Positions 24,851 through 35,472 of a stretch of 64,000 bases of DNA are shown here, in pieces. This DNA is from a virus (lineage: Duplodnaviria > Heunggongvirae > Uroviricota > Caudoviricetes). The number at the start of each line of letters is the position of its first letter. Position 1 is the stretch's first letter. Below the pieces are notes generated by a model that did not search any database, was not told where the DNA came from, and worked only from the letters and a program-made list of their open reading frames with translations. The position numbers and the translations under genes were made by a program. The DNA is taken from IMG/VR virus record IMGVR_UViG_2541047543_000003. One strand, 5' to 3'.

Positions 24851-27535
24851 ATGACACTTGAGCTTAATAAGACCATGATTATTATTGATGGTAATTCATT
24901 TTATCATCGCGCTTTCCACGCAGTCCCAGCTTTAAGCAACAAAGAGGGCTTCCCAACAAACGCCATTACTGGCTTCTGTAACATGGTGAACCGTGCAATT
25001 AATTCAATTTCTCCAGACAAAACGATTGTAGCATTCGATCATAGCGGAAAAACATTCCGACACGATATGTACTCTGAGTACAAGGCGAATCGTGATAAGA
25101 CCGACCCTGTCTTAAAGCAACAGGTTCAACCAATTAAAGATATTGTTGAGGCTTGGGGGATTCCTATTTTGTCCATTCCTGGTTATGAGGCCGATGACAC
25201 CATCACTACTATGGCAGTTAAAGCATCGAAACTAGGTTACATGGTTTACATCCTGACTTCTGATAAAGATATGTACCAAGGGATCAATGAGCGAATCAAC
25301 ATCATTGATACGCAGCAGACCGAGCGAAGCACAAAGCTACTCGATGCCGCAATTGACAGAGATGGCACATTTAAGAAGTTTGGCGTGTATCCTGAGCAGA
25401 TTATCGATTTCTTAGCTCTTCAAGGTGATAAATCAGATAACATTCCTGGTATTGAAGGTTGCGGAGATAAGACCGCTGCAAAATGGATCGCAAAATATGG
25501 CAGTCTTGAAGGTGTTTTAGATAATGTCGAAGATATTGGTGGTAAGTCAGCAGATAAAATCGAAGCTGCCAAGTCTCACCTACCACTTAGCAAAGCCTTG
25601 GTTACTATTAATAGTGATGTTGATTTAGGGAAAGACGTAGAAGACTTTGTTGGTTGTCGCGACGAAGTCCGACTTTATGAGCTAACAACAAAGTACGGTC
25701 TCATGAATCTGAAGAAAGCGCTTGGACTTAAAAACCCAAATGCTGAAAAAATTGTTACTCATTACACTACTGATGAAGCAAAAATTCGCGAAATTCTATT
25801 CAATAAGTCTAATTCATCAATGTTAAATCATCCGATCCAGATCGACTTCTTCAAGTGTGAAGAAGGAGTACAAGATTTGTTTAGCACACAAGGTAACGAG
25901 CACTTAGTGTTTAATATTGATGATGAGTATTTAGTCGTTGATGTTGAGCAGTACACAAATGAGTTAGCCACACTAGCGAAAACTCTAATTGAAAGCCCTG
26001 ATTTTGTGATTGTCAGCCGAAACGCGAAAGATGTACTGAAAGCATTGGTGAATTGCTATGACTCAATGGATGTTTTCCGATTAAAAACACATGATGTCAA
26101 CGTGCTACATTATGTTGCTGTGGGTGGTCAGTCTAAGAAGCCATCAATTGAGTTTTTGAATAGCACATACTCTCATTTCAATCTCAATCCACTGAGAGAA
26201 AAGTACAAGCTAAATACAACTAAAGCTGATTGGAATAAAGTACCCTTCGAAGATGCAGCCTTAATTGTGCTTGAGGAAATGCAGGTTAGCGCGAAAGTGT
26301 ACGAAGAGCTTACCGAACACTTAATGTCTAAAGAGTATGCTGTAGACTCTAAGATTACACCTATACTGGCATATATGGAGTTCATTGGGGCTAAAGTTAA
26401 CCTAACTAACCTTAAAGCAATTGGTGCTGAGCTTAAGAATCGATTAACTGCGTTAGAAGATCTGATTTATAAAGAAGCTGGAAAACAATTCAATATTAAT
26501 TCACCAAAACAAGTTCAGGCTGTGCTATTTGAGGATTTGGAAATCCCATCAAAGAAAAAATCAACTGCTGAATCTGTTCTGACTGATTTAATCGATATAC
26601 ATCCAATTATCTCAATGATTCTTGAGCATCGTAGTGTATCAAAATTATTGTCAACGTATGTTACAGGTATTGAGAAGCGCACTACAGGAAAAGGTAGAGT
26701 GCATACAACATATAATCAGGATGTTACATTAACTGGTCGATTATCCTCTGAGGATCCGAACCTTCAGAATATCCCAATTAGATCGGAAGATGGAAAACGT
26801 ATTCGCTCGTGCTTTGATTCGGATACGGGTAACAAAATTCTTTCTATCGACTTTTCTCAGATTGAATTGCGCATTCTTGCTCATCGAGCAAATGAATCTT
26901 TGTTTATTGATGTATTCAATGAAGGTGGTGATATTCATGAAGCTACAGCTAAACAAATCGTTGAAACTGATGAAGTGGATGAGTCGCAGAGACGAAGAGC
27001 GAAAACCGTCAATTTTGGTTTGATTTATGATATTTCAGCGAAAGGATTAGCAAAACAACTTGGTATCGAGAAAAAAGCTGCTGAACAGTTTATGACTAAG
27101 TATTTCGAAAAATACGTTTCCATCAAACCTTACTTTGAAGGTGAACTAGATTTTGCTAAACGAAATGGGTATGTAGAGACACTTGGTGGTCGTAAGATCA
27201 ATGCAGGAGATTTAAACTCTCCAAACTCAATGGTTCGTTCACATGCTGAGAAATCTATCAAGAACGCTGGCATCCAAGCAACAGCATCTGAAGTGATTAA
27301 AGCTGCCATGATTGAAGTCTTTGAGTATATCTTGAATGAAAGAAATGACATTAAGCTCCTGATGCAAGTTCATGATGAGCTAGTTTTTGAAGTTTGTGAA
27401 GATGCGCTTGAAGAAACTAAAGAAACGCTGAAAAAGCTGATGGAAGAAGCATACAGGAAGGTTTACGAGATCGTCTTGAAGGTTCCACTAGTTGCAGATG
27501 CTAACTCTGGTGAAAACTGGAACGAAGCACACTAA
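24851..27535 (+). CDS. polA: DNA polymerase I (family A) with N-terminal 5'-3' exonuclease domain
   Basis: FEN-like N-terminus IIDGNSFYHRAFHA. Pol motif A DFSQIELRILAH, motif B RRRAKTVNFGLIYDIS and motif C QVHDELVFE. Length is 894 aa. Confidence 0.95.
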   Translation: MTLELNKTMIIIDGNSFYHRAFHAVPALSNKEGFPTNAITGFCNMVNRAINSISPDKTIVAFDHSGKTFRHDMYSEYKANRDKTDPVLKQQVQPIKDIVEAWGIPILSIPGYEADDTITTMAVKASKLGYMVYILTSDKDMYQGINERINIIDTQQTERSTKLLDAAIDRDGTFKKFGVYPEQIIDFLALQGDKSDNIPGIEGCGDKTAAKWIAKYGSLEGVLDNVEDIGGKSADKIEAAKSHLPLSKALVTINSDVDLGKDVEDFVGCRDEVRLYELTTKYGLMNLKKALGLKNPNAEKIVTHYTTDEAKIREILFNKSNSSMLNHPIQIDFFKCEEGVQDLFSTQGNEHLVFNIDDEYLVVDVEQYTNELATLAKTLIESPDFVIVSRNAKDVLKALVNCYDSMDVFRLKTHDVNVLHYVAVGGQSKKPSIEFLNSTYSHFNLNPLREKYKLNTTKADWNKVPFEDAALIVLEEMQVSAKVYEELTEHLMSKEYAVDSKITPILAYMEFIGAKVNLTNLKAIGAELKNRLTALEDLIYKEAGKQFNINSPKQVQAVLFEDLEIPSKKKSTAESVLTDLIDIHPIISMILEHRSVSKLLSTYVTGIEKRTTGKGRVHTTYNQDVTLTGRLSSEDPNLQNIPIRSEDGKRIRSCFDSDTGNKILSIDFSQIELRILAHRANESLFIDVFNEGGDIHEATAKQIVETDEVDESQRRRAKTVNFGLIYDISAKGLAKQLGIEKKAAEQFMTKYFEKYVSIKPYFEGELDFAKRNGYVETLGGRKINAGDLNSPNSMVRSHAEKSIKNAGIQATASEVIKAAMIEVFEYILNERNDIKLLMQVHDELVFEVCEDALEETKETLKKLMEEAYRKVYEIVLKVPLVADANSGENWNEAH

Positions 27536-27551
27536 AATATAAAGCGATGAA

Positions 27552-27586
27552 CTCACCAATTCTAATCTGATTGGTGAGTTTTTTTG
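27552..27586 (+). terminator. Rho-independent terminator after polA
   Basis: CTCACCAAT-loop-ATTGGTGAG followed by T7. Confidence 0.85.
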
Positions 27587-27617
27587 TAAATGGTCACATG
27601 GTATAATTAATTAAATA

Positions 27618-29237
27618 ATGTTCTTCTGGATAATAATAATGAACAGAGTTAACGCTTTACATGTGATAGTAGACGGAGTCTCAGCAAACTCCTGTGTTAT
27701 AGATGATATATATGCTGGAAATAACACTCCCATATCACCATTGGGAATATTTGATTTTCATACTCAAGAAATTGATGAGCTTGCCTTTCTAGACTATGAA
27801 ACTAAAATTTTTGAAAAAGAAGTTCATAGAATAAATGCAATCGACCTAGATTCTATTGAAACCTCATTTTTAGATTCTGTATATTACAAAACTGACATGG
27901 CGATCAGTGAAAAAAACATTCAGGCTGGCTACAAATCTGGATTCATTGATATTATAAAAGACACGATACATCTAGAATCTGATGGGTGGTATAACAAAGA
28001 TAATGAAAAAATTTGCGAGCCAAATGTAAGCATCCAAGAATTAAAGGAAATACTATCTTGGTCAATACAAATCCTGCCTCATTTGGAAACGGATAAAATA
28101 AGAGAAATGGACAATAATGGTGTTGTTACATTCGACGGAAAGCCAATTGCATTCAAAACTGATTCAAGCTGGACATTTGTCGAAAATGGGCGACAGTTAT
28201 CTGGTGATGCAATGAGAGTCTTACATCACTCAGATTGTTCATTCACATACTCTGAATCCAATGATAATTTGGATCTTTATCACGCTGTTACAATGAGTGA
28301 AGAAGATTATAAGAAAAACGGAACAAATTTCTATGGGTATGTGAGTAGAGGTAACTCAAAGCAGGGTGATGGATTGTATTTAACTGGAAGCCTAAACGAA
28401 GCCGTGCGTGTATATGGGAATCCAGAATCTTTTGAACGTAAAAGCCATGCATACGCAAACAAAGAAGAGCATTTAGTAAGACAAACTCAAAGAGGTGTTT
28501 TGCACAAGGTCTCTATTTCAAATGCAAATATATATGATGCCTCATTTGATAATAACTACCCTACTTTGCTAATGGATTCAAAACCGTCACCGATTTTACT
28601 TAGAACCATTGCAAACAAATACGATATCGAAGATAGGATCAAAGAAATTATTCTAGCTAAAACTAACTCAATGATCATTAATTCATCCAATCAATTTGAT
28701 GTTTATCTAGCCGTATCTGAATTTGCAAGTTCACTTGGTAGTTATTCTGGTAATCCCGAATCAAGAAATGTCATTAAACAGGTCTTTTCCGCGATGGGTT
28801 ATGATGGAATTAAGATAACCCCGCCGAATCAAAAGAAACTAAATACGATAAATGAGATAGCTACTGTATATAAAGATTATTGTAGTGGTAAGACAAATGA
28901 AATATTGTACGATGGGTTAAAGATTAAGCCTTTCGTTGCTAAACATATTGCAAGCTATTCAGTAAAAGTGAGGGACACACAAATACCAAAAATGGAAAAT
29001 TGCCATATTATAATGTTTTCTCCCGACAATTCGTTATGCAAAATAAAAGAAAGCATTACCCTGCCTAAGCACAAGAAATACATAAACGAAAGAGATGCGG
29101 GAACACAAGTAATTGATGATTTCTATGACTTAAAAAAAGGAAGCCTTGATAAACTGTCCTTTAAACAAATCAAGTCTATAACACATCAGCGCGACAACGG
29201 TGACTTCGATAAGCCAGGAATTGAATTAACAATGTAA
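27618..29237 (+). CDS. Hypothetical protein (539 aa)
   Basis: Long ORF (possible start at 27639) with a terminator downstream. Confidence 0.6.
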   Translation: MFFWIIIMNRVNALHVIVDGVSANSCVIDDIYAGNNTPISPLGIFDFHTQEIDELAFLDYETKIFEKEVHRINAIDLDSIETSFLDSVYYKTDMAISEKNIQAGYKSGFIDIIKDTIHLESDGWYNKDNEKICEPNVSIQELKEILSWSIQILPHLETDKIREMDNNGVVTFDGKPIAFKTDSSWTFVENGRQLSGDAMRVLHHSDCSFTYSESNDNLDLYHAVTMSEEDYKKNGTNFYGYVSRGNSKQGDGLYLTGSLNEAVRVYGNPESFERKSHAYANKEEHLVRQTQRGVLHKVSISNANIYDASFDNNYPTLLMDSKPSPILLRTIANKYDIEDRIKEIILAKTNSMIINSSNQFDVYLAVSEFASSLGSYSGNPESRNVIKQVFSAMGYDGIKITPPNQKKLNTINEIATVYKDYCSGKTNEILYDGLKIKPFVAKHIASYSVKVRDTQIPKMENCHIIMFSPDNSLCKIKESITLPKHKKYINERDAGTQVIDDFYDLKKGSLDKLSFKQIKSITHQRDNGDFDKPGIELTM

Positions 29238-29239
29238 TT

Positions 29240-29263
29240 AAAAGCCCTACAAGGGCTTTTTTA
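29240..29263 (+). terminator. Rho-independent terminator AAAAGCCCT-ACA-AGGGCTTTTTT
   Basis: 6-bp stem followed by T6. Confidence 0.8.
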
Positions 29264-29272
29264 AGGTGTAAA

Positions 29273-30529
29273 ATGATAACTATTAAGAAATACGGAAAAG
29301 CATTCACGAACAAAGATGTTGAAAGGCTAACAACACATTTCAATGCTCTATTTGAAAATAATATTGATATTGGGATTTCCTTCCATGAAAAAGACGACAA
29401 GCCATTTCATGCTATGACTCATATTTTCAATAATGATAATCGATTTAAGAGTGATTTTATAAATAGTGAATGTTCTAGCGAATCTATTATCGATGCAATT
29501 CAAAAATCGATTGAATCCCACTTGAAATATATATCTTGCAAGCATAGAGAACTCAAACCTCACATCACAAAAGAAGGTGTCCTCGTTACTAATGGTGTCA
29601 TGGAGTGCTCAGAATGTGGAATGCTTACTCTTCCTTCGGTAGAAGCTGCTGCTTCAGAAAGAAGAACAATACTTCTATCCGCATTTGGCAAAGCAAAGGA
29701 GAGATATTATACGACATTATTCAACTGGAGTGGTATTTCTATACAGGGCGGTGATAACGGTGTTGTTATTTCTGCTGCTAAAGGTAAATCCTATGCTACT
29801 TCATTTTTCGAAGCGTTCCCAACCATACACAATGTTAAAACATTCATTAGAGGTGAAGGAACTACATTGGTTAAAGCTGAACAAGATGCTTACGAAAAGT
29901 TAAACAAAAAATTGAATTGTAAAGAGCATGACTGGGTAAGAACTGATGGACGCGGTGAAAGAAAAGATGGATATGCAACTTGCACAAAGTGCGCCTTATC
30001 AGGTCATGCTCTGGAACCTACCACTGAATGCACTATATGTAAATCTCCTGCAAAATTAACGAATCTTGATCAGTTTTATTGCGATGCTCATTACAACAAG
30101 CTTTCGTTTGAGGAACTATATGAAAATGATGTTGCATTCAATAAAGAAAGGTATGAAGATCCAGAATCAATTATACCAATTGAAACAGAAGACGAACTTA
30201 AAGGTGAAAACTTCGAGAGCTATTTAAGCAATAAATTTTACGTGCTGCTCAGAGATCAGTCGTTAGAATCAGGAACCCCGCTTTCTAAAGAAGAATCATT
30301 TTATCTCACAAGAAAGTTTATACAAATCGTAAAAAAACACATATACGAAATAAAGGGTTATCAAAACTTCACAGAGATACCTGACATAGAAAGCAAAGAA
30401 TTCAAAAATAACATGGAATGCTTGGAGAAAAATATGGCGGAGTATTTGAATAAAAAATCAAAAAACGATGAATTGGCATTTGCATCATTGTTCCTTGGTT
30501 GGTTAAAATTTGCTGGAATCAAAAATTGA
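29273..30529 (+). CDS. Cysteine-rich hypothetical protein (418 aa), tandem paralog A
   Basis: Shares long collinear blocks with the next gene: C-x2-C pairs, SFFEAFP, FIRGEGxxxxxAEQ(D/N)A(Y/W)(E/D)K, ALEPTT(E/K)C and C(D)DH(Y/F)(N/Y). Confidence 0.65.
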   Translation: MITIKKYGKAFTNKDVERLTTHFNALFENNIDIGISFHEKDDKPFHAMTHIFNNDNRFKSDFINSECSSESIIDAIQKSIESHLKYISCKHRELKPHITKEGVLVTNGVMECSECGMLTLPSVEAAASERRTILLSAFGKAKERYYTTLFNWSGISIQGGDNGVVISAAKGKSYATSFFEAFPTIHNVKTFIRGEGTTLVKAEQDAYEKLNKKLNCKEHDWVRTDGRGERKDGYATCTKCALSGHALEPTTECTICKSPAKLTNLDQFYCDAHYNKLSFEELYENDVAFNKERYEDPESIIPIETEDELKGENFESYLSNKFYVLLRDQSLESGTPLSKEESFYLTRKFIQIVKKHIYEIKGYQNFTEIPDIESKEFKNNMECLEKNMAEYLNKKSKNDELAFASLFLGWLKFAGIKN

Positions 30530-31796
30530 GGAATGTAAAGTGATAACGATAGAAAACGGGCTGACATCAGACTACCCTATAACGAAACACGCCTTGTTAG
30601 TAATTCAGGAACAAATTAATAGGAACCATAAAACAACTGAAGAACTCAAGATTATCATTAATAATGATGACTTAAAGAATGTAACAGCAAGCATTCGATA
30701 CATCTCTGACAATGGAAATAAAATACCAGACTTTTGGGTGTCTAGTGAAATGCATTTAATCTTGAGTCAGGCTGTTGAAGAGGTTTTGTTAAAATACAAA
30801 GCATACAGAAATTGTAATCACGAACAGTTTATACCTGCGATTTCGCAGGAAGGGCGAATCTTTTCTGATGGTACTTGCTCATGCTCAAAATGTGGGATTG
30901 TGACCACATCGGGTTTTGGTGAGAGAATTGGTACTACAAATACATTTAAGGTTAACCTATCATCAAGAAAGTACGAAACCAGGTATGATTGGGGAAAAGT
31001 ACACCTTCAAGCTGGCGAAAGCGGTATTGTTATATCAAGAGGAAAAGGTTCTTATATGACATCGTTTTTTGAGGCATTTCCAAAGGTTAGTGGATTTGGA
31101 ACTTTTATTCGTGGAGAAGGTAAAGATATAGATGAAGCTGAGCAAAATGCATGGGATAAATTTCAGAAGCAACTAGCATGTGTGGAACATCAATGGACTA
31201 GAAAAGTGCATGGCAGAGTTAGATCAGACGGTTATGCTCAGTGTGAACTCTGTGGTTTACGAGCCACTGCTCTTGAACCTACAACCAAATGCAGTAAATG
31301 TGAAAAAAATACAGCTAGAGAGTTTAGCGATGGATTTTTATGTGATGATCACTTCTACGAATTAACTTTCCAAGATTTCTTAGACGAAGAAAATCGAATA
31401 ACCCTAGAATGGGATGACGATCTGGAGACTGAGAAGGAAATTCAGAACAAGAAGTTTGAAAATTTTGTTCGCGCTCATTTTATGGTATCGCTTAAGGATG
31501 CGTTTATTGATAACAATTACCGAGATGATAAGATAGATGATAAATTAATGAGGTTTTCGATACACTATTACAACCACTTTAAGAGACATGTGTTTGGAAC
31601 AAGACCATTTGAAAGCCTTAACACAGTACCAGCCACTGATAATCCAGATTTGATATTTAATTTGAAAATAATGAAAGACAATGTGAGTGATATTGTGAAA
31701 CAAATTATGGATAAAGAAGAAAAGATTAGCTTTAAGAGACTAATCAATGGTCTGATTCCTATGCCTGGGTATGTCAAGCCTAAAGATAACGCTTGA
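30510..31796 (+). CDS. Cysteine-rich hypothetical protein (428 aa), tandem paralog B
   Basis: 20-nt overlap with paralog A and the same motif order. At least eight conserved cysteines suggest Zn-binding modules. Confidence 0.65.
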   Translation: MLESKIEECKVITIENGLTSDYPITKHALLVIQEQINRNHKTTEELKIIINNDDLKNVTASIRYISDNGNKIPDFWVSSEMHLILSQAVEEVLLKYKAYRNCNHEQFIPAISQEGRIFSDGTCSCSKCGIVTTSGFGERIGTTNTFKVNLSSRKYETRYDWGKVHLQAGESGIVISRGKGSYMTSFFEAFPKVSGFGTFIRGEGKDIDEAEQNAWDKFQKQLACVEHQWTRKVHGRVRSDGYAQCELCGLRATALEPTTKCSKCEKNTAREFSDGFLCDDHFYELTFQDFLDEENRITLEWDDDLETEKEIQNKKFENFVRAHFMVSLKDAFIDNNYRDDKIDDKLMRFSIHYYNHFKRHVFGTRPFESLNTVPATDNPDLIFNLKIMKDNVSDIVKQIMDKEEKISFKRLINGLIPMPGYVKPKDNA

Positions 31797-31904
31797 TGTT
31801 GTTTTTTATTTGATTTATTATTGTATCAATCCATTAAGTTTAGAGAAAATATGTATTATCTAAAAGACATCTTCTAGTAACAGTTACTCACTAGGAGATA
31901 TAAG

Positions 31905-32303
31905 ATGGCAAATCGTCAACACACTGAGTTTTTTTGCAACCGTCCAGAGGCAAGAAAGAAATCGTATTTTGTTTATGAAGAACGAGTTACTAGTTTTTAT
32001 GAATATGATGAAGATTTAGCTACTGGAGATATCGAAATTGACAAAGCTCTATTTCGAAATTACAGCTACACTAACCACTTGGGCTTTAATCGCTCATATG
32101 GAAGAAAGCGATCAGCCAAAGGCGTAATGCAAGACTTAAGAACCAGAATGGGTCATGCGTTAGATTACCCTGAGTACAACTTCAAGCGTAAGAGAGTTTG
32201 TAAGTCATACTGGGATATTGCCGATGGAGACAGCTATGCATACAAGCTCCAAAATAACTGGAAAGGAAACAGTAAAAGAAAACACCAGTGGATTGCGAAA
32301 TAA
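31905..32303 (+). CDS. Basic hypothetical protein (132 aa)
   Basis: SD GGAGAT upstream and a terminator immediately downstream. Confidence 0.55.
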   Translation: MANRQHTEFFCNRPEARKKSYFVYEERVTSFYEYDEDLATGDIEIDKALFRNYSYTNHLGFNRSYGRKRSAKGVMQDLRTRMGHALDYPEYNFKRKRVCKSYWDIADGDSYAYKLQNNWKGNSKRKHQWIAK

Positions 32304-32331
32304 AAAAACCGAGCTAAGGCTCGGTTTTTTA
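32302..32331. terminator. Bidirectional terminator AAAAAAACCGAGC-TAAG-GCTCGGTTTTTT
   Basis: 6-bp stem flanked by A7 and T6, between convergent genes. Confidence 0.85.
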
Positions 32332-32339
32332 TTTATTCA

Positions 32340-32765
32340 TTAAACTAAGTATCTCAGTGCATTTGTGTGAATTGACACCTCTTCACCATAGATCTCTTGA
32401 AGAGCAACATCTTTGACAGACAATCCATTTGTAGCTAGCAATGAATCAAGTCGCGATTTAAGTTGTCTATCTTCAATGATCATTTTTACAAATTCCGATA
32501 CATTATTGAAGAAAGTGCATTTATCTTCCTTAACAAGTTCAAACTTGTAATCCTCTATTCTGACTGGAATAAAGTTTCCATGTGAAGACATACCCGAATA
32601 AGGATCTTGTATAGCTTGTGCTTTTAAGAAAAATGTCTCAACACCCACCTGAACTGCAAACACAAACTTTGTTTCTTTTCTAACCTTAAACTTTTCCATT
32701 TCTTTACCATATTTATCTGAAGTATAAACTAAAAGTATTTTCCATAATTTTGGGTTTTGTTTCAA
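32340..32765 (-). CDS. Hypothetical protein (141 aa)
   Basis: ORF. Confidence 0.55.
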   Translation of the reverse strand: MKQNPKLWKILLVYTSDKYGKEMEKFKVRKETKFVFAVQVGVETFFLKAQAIQDPYSGMSSHGNFIPVRIEDYKFELVKEDKCTFFNNVSEFVKMIIEDRQLKSRLDSLLATNGLSVKDVALQEIYGEEVSIHTNALRYLV

Positions 32766-32789
32766 TAATTTTTGTTATAATACCGATGA

Positions 32790-33065
32790 TTAGCTAAGAA
32801 ATTTATCGACAACTTTTAGCAAAAAAGCAATCCAACCAAATCCTAAAATGGCTGAAATTAGCACATAAAATGCAAGTAATTTCCTTATATACAAAGTTTT
32901 GAAGTTCATTAGTATGTATGATGTAAGAATTGCATTCAAAATGATTGCTGAGAATGACACACCTATGGGTATGCTTTGAAGTAAAACTGTCACTTTAATA
33001 CCAATATCATTATTTAAACCAAGATTAACAAAATGAATGAGCCACATAAAGTAATTGCTAAACAA
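32790..33065 (-). CDS. Small membrane protein (91 aa)
   Basis: Hydrophobic ORF. It overlaps the plus ORF 33033..33305 by 33 nt, so one of the two may be spurious. Confidence 0.35.
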   Translation of the reverse strand: MFSNYFMWLIHFVNLGLNNDIGIKVTVLLQSIPIGVSFSAIILNAILTSYILMNFKTLYIRKLLAFYVLISAILGFGWIAFLLKVVDKFLS

Positions 33066-33305
33066 TACTTACAGAAAATTAAAGCATTCAAAACCTACGA
33101 GTGCAATCCAGAAGACCCTATGAGTAATAGTCACCTGTCATGGATGCTTCATGTAATTAGTTGTGAAATTTATGACCCTGCACAAGAATCAGAAACCAAA
33201 ATGAATCGTTGGCTTGGGTATGTACAAGGGGTAATGGTTGCGAAAGGGATGATCCAAGTCAATGAAGAAAGAGACAGAACTAGAGCTATTTTCAACGGCA
33301 AATAA
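33033..33305 (+). CDS. Hypothetical protein (90 aa)
   Basis: Lone plus-strand ORF between minus-strand genes. Confidence 0.4.
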   Translation: MNEPHKVIAKQYLQKIKAFKTYECNPEDPMSNSHLSWMLHVISCEIYDPAQESETKMNRWLGYVQGVMVAKGMIQVNEERDRTRAIFNGK

Positions 33306-33332
33306 AAACTAAGAAAAATCTCATAAATAAAC

Positions 33333-33911
33333 TTAATGGCTCTTAAAGCCAATTTCGTCCAGATGCCTTTGTAGAAAGAAAAACTCTGAAAAATGCTCAA
33401 ACAGCCCTACATCTAAAGAGTTTATCTCAGAATTTTTCGCTCTTATTTTTAAGATGTCATAAAAAGTGAACAGCGAGCCTGAATCAATCATATTGAAATC
33501 GGAAATGTACATGTTTTTTATAAATTCTATTGCTTTAACCTCAGCACTAGGAAGCCCTTCAAGTTCCGCTGCAAGTATTTCTCTAAGTTTCACACTTGTT
33601 TCTACATAAAGATTGAATTCACATTCATAATCTTCATCGTTTATGAATTTTTCAGTATCTGGCTTTAGTTCAACAAAACCATTTTCAAAATTAAAGACTC
33701 TTTCAAAAGCGGCTTCTTTAATGTTCTCTATAAATCTAAGATTTTGGTCAATAATCTCAAATTCTATTAATGTATTGTTTGGAGTACCAGTAGCGTACAA
33801 AACCTTACATTCCATATGAAAAATAAATAGATTGCATAACTCTACAGAAAGCTTTCCGTAGCGCTTAAGAAGCTTTGCCAAAGAATACCAGTTCGCATGA
33901 TTTCTGTTCAT
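33333..33911 (-). CDS. Hypothetical protein (192 aa)
   Basis: ORF. Confidence 0.55.
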   Translation of the reverse strand: MNRNHANWYSLAKLLKRYGKLSVELCNLFIFHMECKVLYATGTPNNTLIEFEIIDQNLRFIENIKEAAFERVFNFENGFVELKPDTEKFINDEDYECEFNLYVETSVKLREILAAELEGLPSAEVKAIEFIKNMYISDFNMIDSGSLFTFYDILKIRAKNSEINSLDVGLFEHFSEFFFLQRHLDEIGFKSH

Positions 33912-33978
33912 TTTTCATTCCAATTCATAATTGATTTGGGTAACATACTATCAATATTAATTAATTGAGTAAATAAAA

Positions 33979-34464
33979 ATGGAAAGTCTAGTAGATAACT
34001 CTAAAAAGAAAGTTCCATGCTTCATAGATGAATTTAGCTGTTCTAAATCAGAGCAATCTGCTTACTATAGAATGCGAATGCTGCTAACACTTACTAGCAA
34101 CGGCTGGAATGTTGGAGAGGCATTCAATGACCGATATATGACTATCGTTGGGGGAAATTGCACTTATTTAACGATGGGAAATGACGGACAAACTCACACT
34201 AGTTATTCTGAGAGAGAGTCATCTATCTTTGATTCCGTTGAAAATACCTCATATTCAGCAAAAGAAGCTGAAACTATTCCTGCTCTTCATAGTTGCTTAG
34301 CAAGATTAAGAGAAAGAGAATCAGAATACGCGAGACATAAAAAAAGCACATTGATATTGGAGAAACTATGTTTCTCCTTTTATCTGTCAAGACTACGTTC
34401 ATTTGACAGTGTCATGCCAAACTCTGAGGTAATGATGATTTGGTCTTCGCTAAATACTATGTAG
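33979..34464 (+). CDS. Hypothetical protein (161 aa)
   Basis: ORF. Its 3' end overlaps the convergent gene 34380..35372 by about 85 nt. Confidence 0.4.
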   Translation: MESLVDNSKKKVPCFIDEFSCSKSEQSAYYRMRMLLTLTSNGWNVGEAFNDRYMTIVGGNCTYLTMGNDGQTHTSYSERESSIFDSVENTSYSAKEAETIPALHSCLARLRERESEYARHKKSTLILEKLCFSFYLSRLRSFDSVMPNSEVMMIWSSLNTM

Positions 34465-35372
34465 CTATCTATACCTGTATCCTCTATTTCGTTTCTATAT
34501 ATGATGCCATCTATGCCCATATCGAGGAATATTCTCTTTAGCTGAGAGTACTTTTCCTCTAGATTCGACTGTGACATGATTTTATCAACCTGAAATGAAT
34601 CTAATTTTGCCTCTCTAGCAATATCTAAAGGAGACCAAACACCAAGATCGCTCATCCTTATAGGGTTCCGTAAAATCAAGTTTGCACGTTTAATAACGGA
34701 TTCTTTCACAAGCTTGGCAGCACAAGATGCAACATTGCGATCTTCTGTGGAAAGTATTGTTGTTCCATTAGCTAACACGTTGAATTGAGGCTTTTTACCA
34801 ATATTTACAAGCATGTCATTATACTTGTCAGTTATTGGAAGATTTGTATAGCTATCAATCTCATGCTTAAGCTCTTCATCTGACAATGAATTAATAATGT
34901 CTACTATGCCAGGCTTTGGGTGCTGTAGTCTTGGTATGATTATAGCTTTAGCTTTTACCCTTAGATCTGTAGAATTTTCGTCGCCTACTCTTATCCCAAA
35001 TGGACTTTCAGAAGAAAACTCTTCTCTTTCAATTGATACATCCATTCTTGGAATGCTTTTTAGTCGCTTCAATGCGGCTGACTTTGTTCCAAAATGAAAA
35101 CCAATATCAGATGAATGCTCAAATCTAGAGAAGAATTCATTAGTTCCGTGGTACACATTTCTAATGTTCGCTAACTTACAATTTTCCTTCCATTTTTCAA
35201 TATAGTCATTGGCTATATTAGATAGGTTACAATATATTACAGGGTTATCAGCATTTCCACCTGCTATAAGATCATATCCGATGTCTTTAGCAAGCTCCTT
35301 TATTTCCTCTGATACCACATTTTTTATGAATAAAACTTTTGGCGCTGTCACTTTAAATCTCCAGTTTTGCAT
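34380..35372 (-). CDS. Hypothetical protein (about 330 aa); segment VYHGTNEFFSRFEHSSDIGFHFGTKSAA resembles the Tpt1/KptA-type HGT...HhS core
   Basis: The ORF is solid, with ATG at 35372 or GTG at 35390. The motif resemblance to the RNA 2'-phosphotransferase / ADP-ribosyltransferase fold is tentative. Confidence 0.55.
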   Translation of the reverse strand: MQNWRFKVTAPKVLFIKNVVSEEIKELAKDIGYDLIAGGNADNPVIYCNLSNIANDYIEKWKENCKLANIRNVYHGTNEFFSRFEHSSDIGFHFGTKSAALKRLKSIPRMDVSIEREEFSSESPFGIRVGDENSTDLRVKAKAIIIPRLQHPKPGIVDIINSLSDEELKHEIDSYTNLPITDKYNDMLVNIGKKPQFNVLANGTTILSTEDRNVASCAAKLVKESVIKRANLILRNPIRMSDLGVWSPLDIAREAKLDSFQVDKIMSQSNLEEKYSQLKRIFLDMGIDGIIYRNEIEDTGIDSYIVFSEDQIIITSEFGMTLSNERSLDR

Positions 35373-35472
35373 GTGTACATTATACCACACCTGATTAATT
35401 CTCGGTAAAGCATTTACCTTAATTCTTAATAGTGTATTATGTGATAAATAAAATCATCAAAAGGAAATTAAA

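Noticed and set aside
27618-29237. ADP-ribosyltransferase (R-S-E) assignment for the 539-aa protein
   Set aside because: Only vague resemblance (YVSRG, YLTGS). This is not enough to call.
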